Shown one piece after another: positions 15,369-26,776 of a DNA stretch of 64,000 nucleotides; the first letter of the stretch is position 1, and the number at the start of each line of letters is the position of its first letter. The notes under the pieces are model-generated. The model saw only the letters and a program-made list of their open reading frames with translations. It had not been told where the DNA came from and did not search any database. The position numbers were made by a program, and so were the translations under genes. Source of the stretch: Eledone cirrhosa (lineage: Eukaryota); assembly GCA_964016885.1 (NCBI GenBank), contig OZ024741.1, positions 400,086,001-400,150,000 of the forward strand, given 5' to 3'.

Positions 15369-18300
15369 TTATTGTACATAATTTGATGACTTGTTGGAGT
15401 GTATTAAAAGATAGCAGGGGCAATTGTGCTCGTGTTTTCTAGTGCAGCTGAGCCAAGTATTTTCCTCAAAGGTGAATAGTTGTTTAATTTTTTTAGAGAA
15501 CAACTGATAAATGTGCTTCCAAAAATCGTGCGCACACTGTTGGGTACCATCATTAAACCTGCCGCCGAGGATATTTCTCAAATTTGCGACCGATTTAGTT
15601 CCAGATGACGATATAATATCGCTAATTTCACGAATAGCAACATCATCAGTGGACTGAATGTGTTCAACCAACAACACCAGCTGGCGTATAACTTGCATGG
15701 TGCTGTTTACAAAGCAAGCATTTCTCTCATTGATCAGCGAAATGTACGGCTTTGCAACCGTTTTCTCAGTTCTGGCCCTTTTTGGATTCGCCAAGTAGAC
15801 CATTCCACTGTCAATATTAATAGCAAATTTACTTTTTTTAGTTGCTTTTTTGGCCCGTCCAATACTGTTGGGCCTCACGTTACACAATGGAAGCGGTCCC
15901 ATATTAATGGTCTCTCTCAAATAATTGTATTCTCTCCAAGCACTAGAGTCGCACATGATCAAACTCGTTGGATCAAGATCAATCAAGTAAACATTGCACA
16001 GTTTGCGGGCTCTAGACAAGGCTACATAGGCCATACCGTCTGCAAAAATGCCAGTGCCCAAATCAACAACGACTCCATCGACACTTATTCCCTGTGATTT
16101 GTGGATGGAAATTGCATATGCAATGCACAAGGGATATTGTTCTCTAGTGATAAAAACACTAGGAGACAATTCGTAATCGGCTTTGACACGTTTGATGGCA
16201 ACAATTTGGTTTGTACTCTCAAAGAGAACGTCAATGGAAGTAATTTTTCCAAACTCATAATTGAGTTGCTTTACAGTTCCCATTACACCATTGCACAAGC
16301 CTTTCTCAAGATCGATGTTGCGTTTAAGCATAACTCGAGCATTAACGCCAACTTTAAGAACAGTTTCAAGGCCAGCAGTATCAGAAGTCTTTTTAGTGGT
16401 CAGCTTTTTTCTTTTTGTTTTCTTTTGACATTTGGTTTGCCTCATATTCGAATCAATAGCCATAAGTTCAACGGTATTAATGCCAAGTTTATTGAGCATT
16501 GCAGCGTTAAACTTTTCTACTGACTCGTTTAGAGGCATGATACAGACGATACTCAAATTAGAAGTCTGTATCAGCTCACACATTTTGTAAGCAACCTGAT
16601 CAATGGAAGCTTTGCCGTTGAGATCAATTCTATGCTTATTTAGAATTTCAATATCTGAATCAAGTGGTGAACCCAGCCTTATTCGGCCGAGCATGTCAAC
16701 ATAATTATCCAAGTCTTCTTTCTGACGCATGTTGACTGTCAACTCGTCGTACTTGAAGTACCTCCACAAATGGTGGCTGCTGACGCCTATGCATGATCTT
16801 TGTGCATCTTGGTGAGTAACTTTGTTAAACACCGACTTTTCTCTAACAGGCGGTAATTGAAGCAAATCTCCAAAAACAACAATGTTCATTCGCCCGAAAG
16901 GAGAAATGCCTTGGGCAAAGTCACAAAACAATTGGCACAATCTCAAGTGAATGAATGCCAACTGCAAATGACTGACCATGCTAATCTCATCGATTATGAT
17001 CAGTCGGACATATTGAAGCCCCATCCTCAGCATTTTCAAAAAGTCCTTTGGTAGATCATCGTACACGGGAGTTTTACCGTGCTGCACCTTGAGCTTTAGC
17101 ATTCGATGAACAGTCATGCCGTTGAGTTGGAAAGCAGCCATTCCTGTGGGTGCCGATATCACTACGCTCGGGCCATTGTCATTTGGATACATGTACTGAA
17201 TTTTATCAGCCAGTACATTTATCAAAAAACTCTTGCCCGTGCCACCAACACCTGAAACAAATTTCAAGACTTGTGGACAATCATCGCAACTACATCTCGG
17301 ATAAGGTTTGCTGTTGTCCCAATGTTTGTCTCGTTTGTCAATACCGGCAACGATATCGTCATAAATTTTTCTTTGCACTTCATTCAGTTTATTTTCTTTA
17401 TGCCTCAGTGCATCCTCAGCGACATCTCTCATGCAAGGCAAATCGACATTAGCATCATCAACTGCCAACGCCTCCATGTGATCACCGCAAGAATGGTCAT
17501 CATTATCATGAGACTGAGGTTCGTTTGGAATATGTTTGGCTTGTTCCAGCGCATTCTCCAAACGTTTGCGCACATTCTGGAACCTGACCATTTCAGATAA
17601 ATGGTTTGCGCACTGTTCAAAAGACTCTTTATAAGTCTCACAACCTCCCAGCAAGTCTTTTTCCTCGTCTCGCCAAGGTTTAAAGAGCATAAGCAGGTTG
17701 TGGTGATAGCGCTCACAGGTATCTGCAGTCAATCTAATGTTTGGCGACTTCACAATCCGCTCTTTCACAGATTTGAAATAGCCAAGATTATTTCTCAACC
17801 TGAAATCGTCATCAAAATTGCTGTTACCAATTGGATTCACATGTTCGTATTTACTCGCAAGTTCATACAAACACATGTGCTCCATCGAATCAGGCCTGTT
17901 TGGATACCAATTTTCGACCATATTCTCGTAATAAAGATTGGTAGAATACGGTTTCAATTTATCCAGTTCATACTGAGGCCTGAACCTGTGGGATCGGTAA
18001 CTAGGCAAATCGGCTCCAATCCAAATGAGGCTTTCAGAGCATCCATAAAAATGGTGGCCAAGCAATTTGTCTGCAGCCTCATAGGCACCTGTATCATGCT
18101 TGCCCATCAGCTTAAGTCCGACACTCTTGTATCTGGAGTAAATGGACTTGGATTTGTCAATCTCAGCCCAAATACCTTCAGTTTCAGTCTTTTCGGACTT
18201 TGTCTGATAACTAGTAACATATCGGTTTAGAATCATGCTATCTTCACCGATGTATTGGATATCGACATTAGCTTTCCAGACATACAGAACAACAGGATTG

Positions 18301-21300
18301 TAGTCATTGATGCACTCTTCCCCTTGTCTGTCAAGCTTGTACAACTTTTTGACAGCTCTACCTTTGTGTCGAGATTTTATACACTCGTTGACGCTAAGCA
18401 AATTGAAATTCCCGATAGGACGAGGAAATCCAAACCTGCATCGAGTGGAAAAACGACCACTCGAAAATATTTGCCTTTTGCAGGATCCACTACAGACATG
18501 TCGTTGAAAACGCAACACCAAGTCTGACAAAACGGGGCTTTCTACATTGGACGGCATGCGACATGTGATCATGGACTGTATAAACGTCTGAATAGCATAC
18601 TTGTCGTCTCTGTCCATAATAGGGCCATCTTTAATCCATAATTCCATGTGAACATGCGGAGCACCTCTCATTTGGTATTCCAACCTACAAAAAAAGTGCT
18701 CGACAATACCAAACGGAGAATTGGTATGTTTAACAACTTCTTTCATAAAGGTGGTGAACCGATGGTGAAAATGTTCGCTAACAGCCACCACGTCATCCGC
18801 GCACAACTCATTGGTGCGTTTTCTAGAAATGTCTGGTATGTCAGCATTCAACTTTTCCAGGAACTCTCTCAGATCAGGCCAAAAGTACTCTGCACAAGAC
18901 AAAGTTAAGAACAAGTGGGCCGGGCCAAATTTCTTGTCCATAGCCATCAAGTCTGAACATTTTCTAGACCAAAACTGCTTGGAACCACGGACATTGGCCA
19001 TCATCATATTTAAATTGCCCTCTAGGTGCCTGTCATTTTCATGAAGCCGCCTTCTAAACTCGCTTATAGTCATGTGGCTGTTTTTGGTGGTCTTCATGAT
19101 GGCATATATACCAGAATCAATGCCTCTCTTGTCGGCTTTATCAAGACAAAACATGAGATATTGTATATCTCGCCGAAATCTAGAGTCGCTATGATTCAGT
19201 CTGTTTCTTATGAACATGTATGGCTTTACAGCGCCAAACGGTCTATTGTCCACAAAAATGCCAAACTGACCAGTTGGATAAAGACAAGGAAAGCACAACA
19301 ACTCAAGTTTTTTATCATTGTCTGCAATGAAATCGCCTTCCACTCTTTTCATTTTGTACAAGGCCAAGTCAGTGTCTGCAGGGAGACACGGATTCATGTC
19401 TTTAACAGTGTGATGCTCATAGGTAATGCCAGCATTCGATTTAAGTAAAAGATTATCGAATTTGGCATTATTAACTCCCGAGCACTCGACAATGTTTTCA
19501 TTTTCCGTATCGGCGTAGCGATTGATCTTAACATCGGCATACATTACATTGTTTGCTGCAAGCCAATCAAGTGCCTTCAATACTTTACTCATGTCTACCA
19601 TTGAACGCCAGATAATTTGTTTCCGCGAAGGCAAGCTATCAACGACTATTTTAAGCATGTCGTCTTGAAGCGCAGGTAACGTATCCATGGTGCGGTTAAT
19701 AGTTCCGTCCATAGGCAAAGGCAAGTGAATTGCAATTCCTTTAATAGCGGAAATGCATGCTGAAATATTGCCTTTGAATGAGTATGGCACCAGTTTTATT
19801 ACATTGACGAAACATTTGGCCCGTTGTACAAGTATTCGCTCATATGTATTAAGATCAGCAAGTTCTTTGGGAACGGCAGCAACGCCCAAGCCATTTATTG
19901 AGGCCATTGAAGGCACCCCACTGTTGCGCAAATGTGTAGTGCATGTTGTGCAGACTGTGCAAGGCAAAGAGTAGTTGGCAGTTATTGCATCCTTTGCAAC
20001 AGCCGTTTTAAAATATCTAGAGTTCCAATTATCCCAAACTTTTAGTTCCTTGCTATATTTGTGCAGTTTGCAGATATGACAATCTTGGATTTTATAGTTG
20101 GTAATTTCAGATTGAAATCTTTGAACTTGATTACCATATTTATGAATGACATCTGCATCAGTGTGTTCGACATCATTGAAACCAGTGCACATATTACTGA
20201 ATTTAACTGCAATAGCACGCTCAATGTTGGCAACGTCTGTCAAATTCTCAAAGTTGGTCCAATCGCCATTGAAAACAGCTTCATTGTACTTGTTGAGCCA
20301 AATACATAAGGACCGAACTTTATAAATTTTCCTCAGCAATGTGCGCAACTTTGGCGAGTGAACTGCTATGGATTTTAAAAAGCCAAATTCACTGGTGCAG
20401 CCAGTTTGACCGATGCAGTGCTGATCATTATCATGAGTAACATTGCAAAACTCATATTTCTCGATCAACTGCCTTATTTCAGCAACTGTCATATCGGGAT
20501 TGAGTTTTGGAAGTTTATCATCAATTCTTTGGCACAAAGTTAGACGAGCAGCTGAGTCATTTGGACATGTATCTAATATGGAAGACCCGCAAGGTCTAAC
20601 CAAACATTTAGACACATCATTATCATCATTCTGCTCGTCAGCATTAGCCATGTCATTCACAATGTTGTCTGTCTCCTCATTATTGATAACGACTATTCGG
20701 ACTTTCTCAACGGACTGATTTTTAAACTCATCCATTTTCATGTACTTTGCAGTGCTCTTGTCAAAATTAGGAAGCTCATTGGTGGAACTGTGATAATGTT
20801 GATTTCCCCAATAATGCAACAAACCGTTAGCATTGACCTTTTCCATCAATGTATGCACAGCTTTAACATTTATTTTTAATTGAGCACACACAAAATTTCG
20901 CATCCCAACAGATCTGGAGAACACACTCAGCACGTGACTATGTGCGTCGTTGCAAAGATTGGTATCTGTTATTGTCTTTTTATATGACTTAACAAATTGG
21001 GACATCAAGATCTGATGCTGCATCCGGAAGTCAACCATTTTATTTAGTTTCTTCATTTGATACAAAGACCGCTTATGAAGAAACTTTTTTTTATAGTATA
21101 TTTTCTCATAAGACTGTATATTATCTTTATGGTGAATTTTATACATAGCCTTTGTTTGTAATACTTTGTCTTGATTTGCAGATCTGTACTTGGTCTGCTC
21201 TTTAGCCAACTCGGTACGTTTAGAAGCTCTACGCTCGGCTTGCTTTTGAGATATAATAGCTGAATTTGCAGATCTATACTTGGCCTGCTTGTTTGCCAAC

Positions 21301-21617
21301 TCATACCGTTTTGAACATCTATACTTGGCCTGTTTTTGTGTTAATTTAGCAAAATTCACAGCTCTATAATCGGCCTGTTTTTGTCTCAACTTCTCCCGAT
21401 TCCGCATCCGGTAAGCTGCTTTCACATCCAATTTAATACGCCCATCTAGATTATTAGCACAGGAATGTGAACAAGCTTGTGGGACCGCATCATTGTAAGT
21501 ATATGAACTGCCTGCAACATCAAGACCCAATTCACAAGTGCAGCGTTGCTCATTCACATCGGCAGTGGGGACACCAAAATCAGTGACAGGTCTCGATTCA
21601 CTCGCGAGATACATCAC
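15369..21617 (-). CDS. Rep-Helicase transposase (HUH Y2 Rep + PIF1/SF1 helicase), Helentron/Helitron2-type, with C-terminal USP/C19-like segment; 2082 aa
   Basis: Rep motifs HLFLTLSCAE, RLEYQMRGAPHVHMELW, YVTSYQTKSE. Helicase motifs GVGGTGKS, IIIDEISMV, VFGDLLQLPPV, AYAISIHKSQG, YVALSRA. No stops or frameshifts. Confidence 0.95.
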   Translation of the reverse strand: MMYLASESRPVTDFGVPTADVNEQRCTCELGLDVAGSSYTYNDAVPQACSHSCANNLDGRIKLDVKAAYRMRNREKLRQKQADYRAVNFAKLTQKQAKYRCSKRYELANKQAKYRSANSAIISQKQAERRASKRTELAKEQTKYRSANQDKVLQTKAMYKIHHKDNIQSYEKIYYKKKFLHKRSLYQMKKLNKMVDFRMQHQILMSQFVKSYKKTITDTNLCNDAHSHVLSVFSRSVGMRNFVCAQLKINVKAVHTLMEKVNANGLLHYWGNQHYHSSTNELPNFDKSTAKYMKMDEFKNQSVEKVRIVVINNEETDNIVNDMANADEQNDDNDVSKCLVRPCGSSILDTCPNDSAARLTLCQRIDDKLPKLNPDMTVAEIRQLIEKYEFCNVTHDNDQHCIGQTGCTSEFGFLKSIAVHSPKLRTLLRKIYKVRSLCIWLNKYNEAVFNGDWTNFENLTDVANIERAIAVKFSNMCTGFNDVEHTDADVIHKYGNQVQRFQSEITNYKIQDCHICKLHKYSKELKVWDNWNSRYFKTAVAKDAITANYSLPCTVCTTCTTHLRNSGVPSMASINGLGVAAVPKELADLNTYERILVQRAKCFVNVIKLVPYSFKGNISACISAIKGIAIHLPLPMDGTINRTMDTLPALQDDMLKIVVDSLPSRKQIIWRSMVDMSKVLKALDWLAANNVMYADVKINRYADTENENIVECSGVNNAKFDNLLLKSNAGITYEHHTVKDMNPCLPADTDLALYKMKRVEGDFIADNDKKLELLCFPCLYPTGQFGIFVDNRPFGAVKPYMFIRNRLNHSDSRFRRDIQYLMFCLDKADKRGIDSGIYAIMKTTKNSHMTISEFRRRLHENDRHLEGNLNMMMANVRGSKQFWSRKCSDLMAMDKKFGPAHLFLTLSCAEYFWPDLREFLEKLNADIPDISRKRTNELCADDVVAVSEHFHHRFTTFMKEVVKHTNSPFGIVEHFFCRLEYQMRGAPHVHMELWIKDGPIMDRDDKYAIQTFIQSMITCRMPSNVESPVLSDLVLRFQRHVCSGSCKRQIFSSGRFSTRCRFGFPRPIGNFNLLSVNECIKSRHKGRAVKKLYKLDRQGEECINDYNPVVLYVWKANVDIQYIGEDSMILNRYVTSYQTKSEKTETEGIWAEIDKSKSIYSRYKSVGLKLMGKHDTGAYEAADKLLGHHFYGCSESLIWIGADLPSYRSHRFRPQYELDKLKPYSTNLYYENMVENWYPNRPDSMEHMCLYELASKYEHVNPIGNSNFDDDFRLRNNLGYFKSVKERIVKSPNIRLTADTCERYHHNLLMLFKPWRDEEKDLLGGCETYKESFEQCANHLSEMVRFQNVRKRLENALEQAKHIPNEPQSHDNDDHSCGDHMEALAVDDANVDLPCMRDVAEDALRHKENKLNEVQRKIYDDIVAGIDKRDKHWDNSKPYPRCSCDDCPQVLKFVSGVGGTGKSFLINVLADKIQYMYPNDNGPSVVISAPTGMAAFQLNGMTVHRMLKLKVQHGKTPVYDDLPKDFLKMLRMGLQYVRLIIIDEISMVSHLQLAFIHLRLCQLFCDFAQGISPFGRMNIVVFGDLLQLPPVREKSVFNKVTHQDAQRSCIGVSSHHLWRYFKYDELTVNMRQKEDLDNYVDMLGRIRLGSPLDSDIEILNKHRIDLNGKASIDQVAYKMCELIQTSNLSIVCIMPLNESVEKFNAAMLNKLGINTVELMAIDSNMRQTKCQKKTKRKKLTTKKTSDTAGLETVLKVGVNARVMLKRNIDLEKGLCNGVMGTVKQLNYEFGKITSIDVLFESTNQIVAIKRVKADYELSPSVFITREQYPLCIAYAISIHKSQGISVDGVVVDLGTGIFADGMAYVALSRARKLCNVYLIDLDPTSLIMCDSSAWREYNYLRETINMGPLPLCNVRPNSIGRAKKATKKSKFAINIDSGMVYLANPKRARTEKTVAKPYISLINERNACFVNSTMQVIRQLVLLVEHIQSTDDVAIREISDIISSSGTKSVANLRNILGGRFNDGTQQCAHDFWKHIYQLFSKKIKQLFTFEENTWLSCTRKHEHNCPCYLLIHSNKSSNYVQ

Positions 21618-21645
21618 AGCTACACTATATATTTAAACATATATA

Positions 21646-21696
21646 CAGTGATACCTCGCTACTTGGCGGTTCAACTATCGCGGATTCACGATTTCG
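21646..21696 (+). mobile_element. pogo/Tigger-like TIR fragment
   Basis: TA|CAGTGATACCTCGCTACTTGGCGGTTC; no partner TIR seen. Confidence 0.45.
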
Positions 21697-21955
21697 CACA
21701 TTATTAGAATATATATATGAACACCTAAAATTTTTCATTAAATCCATTAAAATATTAATAATAAACAGTTCTAATCATACGCTATATATATATATATATA
21801 TATAAATATAAGTAATTAATACCGTATAAATGGTACAAAGACTGTTTATGTAAAATGTATTTCTCAACAGAGTATTGAATACTTAGGAGAAATTCAAAAC
21901 GAAGAGTGATAAAATTTCAAGCAAAGAGTTTAATTAGGTAATGACTTACAAATTT

Positions 21956-21958
<3 letters not shown>

Positions 21959-22024
<66 letters not shown>
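21959..22024. repeat. (GA)n microsatellite
   Basis: Direct reading. Confidence 0.98.
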
Positions 22025-22028
<4 letters not shown>

Positions 22029-22397
22029 TCTAGTCCTTCGCTCAAGATTAATCTATAAGTTTAGATGTCTGCTTTCGTTTAAGTAAATATTACAGTAAGA
22101 TTTTTAATATAAACAACTACAAAAAACAATTAATATTAAAACGAAAAAATTATCAATGATAAAAGAAGCGGATGCAACTTTTTTTTTTATAAAGTTATAT
22201 TCCTGTTTCTTTAAAGAACATTTCATTTTTGTTCTATTGTAGGCGAAATAATGCAATGGTTTAATAGGGAAGATATAACTTACCAATTATGTCTCTAACC
22301 GTGTAACGCTTTTTAAGTAGATAACTACAATTGAAAATACTAAAGAAATGGAACCAACAATTCAATTTGAAAGTCGTCTACTTATAGTGACAGTGTA

Positions 22398-22441
22398 TTA
22401 CTGGTACTTTATTTTATCGACCCCGTAACGATGAAAGGCAA
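22398..22441 (-). mobile_element. Deu/Nin-domain-like SINE fragment
   Basis: Reverse complement of tgcctttcatc...gggtcgataaaataaagtaccagt, also present at ~46245 and ~56355. Confidence 0.55.
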
Positions 22442-22646
22442 AAATTCAAATGCTTAAAATTTAAATTGCCTTAATTCTATCGTCTGCTGTTTCATTAAAG
22501 GGAGATTCTCGTCTGTATTTAATTCTATCGTCTACTGTTCCACTAAACAGATATACCTCCACTATCGTCTCTATTTATACATTTTAACTTATAACTTATA
22601 CACATTTGATATGAAATATTTTATCTAGTCCCCCCTCTCAATATTA

Positions 22647-22694
22647 TGATGATTTCTTTCGAATGAAACAGTTCTAGTCCTGTAGAAGCCATTT
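22647..22694 (+). repeat. 5'-truncated copy of hammerhead family H1
   Basis: tgatgatttctttcgaatGAAAcagttctagtcctgTAgaagcc, matching 58541..58584. Confidence 0.8.
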
Positions 22695-22805
22695 ATATAT
22701 ATAATTGAACTGAGTTAAAAATTCACAATATTTATAATTAAATAAGCTCATATATATATGTGTGTATTTATCTGTTTATTGTATTATATATAATGTGTGT
22801 ATATA

Positions 22806-22885
22806 CAGGATGTCCCCCCAAAATATATACACACTTCAACAGCATTCTAATAACTATTGCCTGTACAAGTAATCAAAGTGTCAAT
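22806..22885. mobile_element. Tc1/mariner-like MITE, partial
   Basis: TA|CAGGATGTCCCCCCAAAA; same family as 43659..43758. Confidence 0.55.
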
Positions 22886-23576
22886 CGAATGTTAGTTTCG
22901 TGTTTTAACAGTACAAATTTACAATACACACATAAAACCAGTGTATATACATACACGAGTGTGTATACACATACATGAATGTGTATATACAATATATATG
23001 TATATATATATAGACACATATATTCACGGTGCAACGGAACATTAAAATATAGATGCGGGGGGGCACGGTGCAACGGAACATTAAAATATAGATGCGGGGG
23101 GGGGGTATATATAGGGGCGCTGGGGATAAAGGAGTGTAAAGCGTGTGTAATTGATATATTGAAGGAGAGGAGCGTGCAGCGATAGAGTAACAAATCTATA
23201 GAGAGGGGGAGAGATGGTATTGAAGGGGAGGAGTGCAAAGCGAAAGAGTAAGAGAGATATATATATAGAGACGGAACAGATAGAGAGAAACAGGCGTAAG
23301 TAACAGTGGAAGAGATATAAAGAGAAGGGGTAATAAATAAATGGAAATATAAGTGTAACAGTATAAGAGATATATAGAGAGGGGGAAATGTGTTATTGAA
23401 GGGGAGGAGTGTAAAGCGAAAGCGTAAGATATATATATAGAGAGAGAGGGGGAATAGTATATATATATATATATATATATCAACACTTACTCTGATTGGT
23501 TGAAAATTAGCCAATGACATACGATCACCACCACCACGGCTATCCCCGGAAAATTTATGAAGAAGTTACGCATATA

Positions 23577-23631
23577 TGTTAGAACACGAAAAGTGAACAT
23601 TCTGTTGTTTCACACTTTTCGTGTTCTAACA
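23577..23631. other. 19-bp perfect hairpin abutting the putative Helitron 5' TC
   Basis: tgttagaacacgaaaagtg / cacttttcgtgttctaaca with a 17-nt loop. Confidence 0.85.
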
Positions 23632-23633
23632 GA

Positions 23634-23888
23634 TATACACATATATATATATACACACACCTATATACACACATATATACACCTATATACACACATATAC
23701 ACATACACACACACATATATATATAAATATACACACACAAATATACACACACACATATATATACACATATATATATATACACACACAAATATACACATAC
23801 ACACATATATATATATATACACACACACATATATATATATACACACACACACATATATATATATATACACACACACATATATATATAT

Positions 23889-23938
<50 letters not shown>

Positions 23939-24020
23939 GTATATATATATATACACACACACATATATATATATACACACATATATATATATATACACAC
24001 ACACACACATATATATATAT

Positions 24021-24051
<31 letters not shown>

Positions 24052-24314
24052 CACACACATATATATATATACACACACATATATATATATACACACACAT
24101 ATATATATATACACACACATATATATATATACACACACATATATATACACACACACACACACACACATATATACACACACACACACATATATACACACAC
24201 ACACACACATATATATACACACACACACACACATATATATACACACACACACACACATATATATACACACACACACACATATATATATATACACACACAC
24301 ACATATATATATAT

Positions 24315-24393
<79 letters not shown>

Positions 24394-24450
24394 TATATAT
24401 ATACACACACACACACATATATATATACACACACACACACATATATATAT

Positions 24451-24481
<31 letters not shown>

Positions 24482-24546
24482 CACACACACATATATATAT
24501 ATACACACACATATATATATATATACACACACACACATATATATAT

Positions 24547-24577
<31 letters not shown>

Positions 24578-24666
24578 CACACACACATATATATATATAC
24601 ACACACATATATATATATATATACACACACACACATATATATATATACACACACACATATATATAT

Positions 24667-24699
<33 letters not shown>

Positions 24700-24734
24700 C
24701 ACAGACACACATATATATATATATATATATATAC
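23634..24734. repeat. (TA)n(CA)m microsatellite
   Basis: Direct reading. Confidence 0.97.
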
Positions 24735-26457
24735 GAGAGAATTGATCTAGATGAAATGCAGTTCGGGTTTGTGTCAGGCAAAAGCACCACAGACGCTCTT
24801 TTCATAGTACGACAACTACAGGAGAAGTACCTAGCTAAAGGTAAACCCCTCTACTTAGCTTTTGTCGACCTGGAGAAAGCCTTCGACAGAGTCCCCCGCT
24901 CCATTATCTGGTGGGCTCTTAGAAAACTAGGCGTTGACGAATGGCTTGTGAGGGCTATACAAGCCATGTATAAAGAAACAGTCAGCAAGGTTAGAATTAA
25001 CAACGAATATAGTGAAGAGTTTAGCGTAAAAGTTGGCGTCCATCAGGGCTCTGTTCTCAGCCCCCTACTATTTATTATTGCCCTTCAGGCTATAACAGAG
25101 GAGTTCAAGACAGGCTGCCCATGGGAACTCCTATACGCAGACGACCTGACACTCATAGCGGAATCAATGGCCGAGCTAGAGAAGAAATTCCAAACATGGA
25201 AGCACGGCCTAGAGTCAAAAGGACTTAAAATTAACCTGGCTAAGACCAAAGTTCTAGTTTGTAGGAAAGAAAACAAGGCGGCGGTCCCTTCTGGGAAATG
25301 GTCGTGCTCGGTATGTAGGAAAGGCGTAGGTAGAAACTCCATCTTATGTCCTAAATGCAAAGTATGGGTGCATAAAAGATGTAGTGGGATCACAGGTAAG
25401 CTAACTAAGAACATAGACTTTACATGTGGCCGGTGTTCTGGTGCAATAAGTAGCAGCAAGTGCCCACAAAATACTAGCTCTTTCAATTGCGCAGAGGGTT
25501 CTATAGAAATAGTGGACAGCTTCCGTTACCTGGGCGATAAAATCAGCAGTGGGGGAGGGTGCTCTGAAAGTACTGTAGCTAGAGTCAGAACTGGTTGGAA
25601 AAAGTTCAGAGAGCTTATACCACTATTAGCTGCTAAAGGGTTCTCCCTAAAAATGAAAGGCAGGTTGTACGATGCCTGCATACGAACAGCAATGTTGCAT
25701 GGTAGTGAGACCTGGGCATTGTGTGCAGAGGATATACGCAGACTAGAGAGGAACGAAGCTTGCATGCTCCGCTGGATGTGTAACAGTAATATACGTGAAC
25801 GGCAAAGCATAAACGAACTAAGGAAAAAATTAGAGATAAGAGGGATCAGATGTTGTTTACTCGAGAGAAGGCTGCGTTGGTATGGACACGTGATGCGCAT
25901 GAAAGTCGATAGCTGTATTACAAAGTGCAGGGCAATAAAGATAGACGGTAGCCACGGAATAGGCAGACCTAGAAAAACATGGGATGAGCTGATAAACTCC
26001 GACCTCACACACTTACACCTCTCCAAGACAATGTCACTGGACCGTGACCTTTGGCGGTACTCAGTAACAGAGAAGACCCGCCTTGCCAGTAGGCATATCT
26101 AACAAAATACACCCCTCCCGCCGCCACCCCCACCCCATCCACACCACCCCGTTCTATGTAAAGTTATGTTGGTGCCGCGCCATCCAGGCCGAAACAAATG
26201 AGATCGTGTAGGTGTCACGACAAAAAAACACACAGTCCACGCTGTAAAGTGGCCGTGTAGGCAACACGGTAAAAACCTCCCAGACCCACACTGTAAATGT
26301 GGTTGGTGTTAGGAAGGGCATCCAACTGTAGAAAACCTGCCAGACAGTCCTATGCGAGCAAGACAATCACTCTTGCCTCAAGTGGGACTACCCCCGTCCA
26401 AACCCATGCAAGCGTGGAACACGGACGTTAAACGTTGATGATGATGATGATGATGAT
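24735..26457 (+). mobile_element. RTE copy 4 (A-like), 5'-truncated at RT
   Basis: ORF 24756..26102 open (RT, PHD, C-terminus); 3'UTR; (GAT)n tail. Confidence 0.95.
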
Positions 26458-26467
26458 ACACACACAC

Positions 26468-26548
<81 letters not shown>

Positions 26549-26601
26549 CACACACACACACATATATATATATATACACACACACACATATATATATATA
26601 T

Positions 26602-26632
<31 letters not shown>

Positions 26633-26776
26633 CACACACATATATATATATATATACACACACATATATATATATATACACACACATATATATATATACA
26701 CACACAAAACACACATATACACACACATATATATACACACACACATATACACACACACACACATATATACACACAC
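26458..26776. repeat. (TA)n(CA)m microsatellite
   Basis: Direct reading. Confidence 0.97.

Larger units (their letters stand above)
14092..23633 (-). mobile_element. Putative full-length autonomous rolling-circle transposon (Helitron/Helentron-like); boundaries tentative
   Basis: Contains the RepHel ORF. On the minus strand the block starts A|TC at 23633 and ends CTAG|T at 14092, with microsatellite on both sides and no TSD. Confidence 0.6.
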
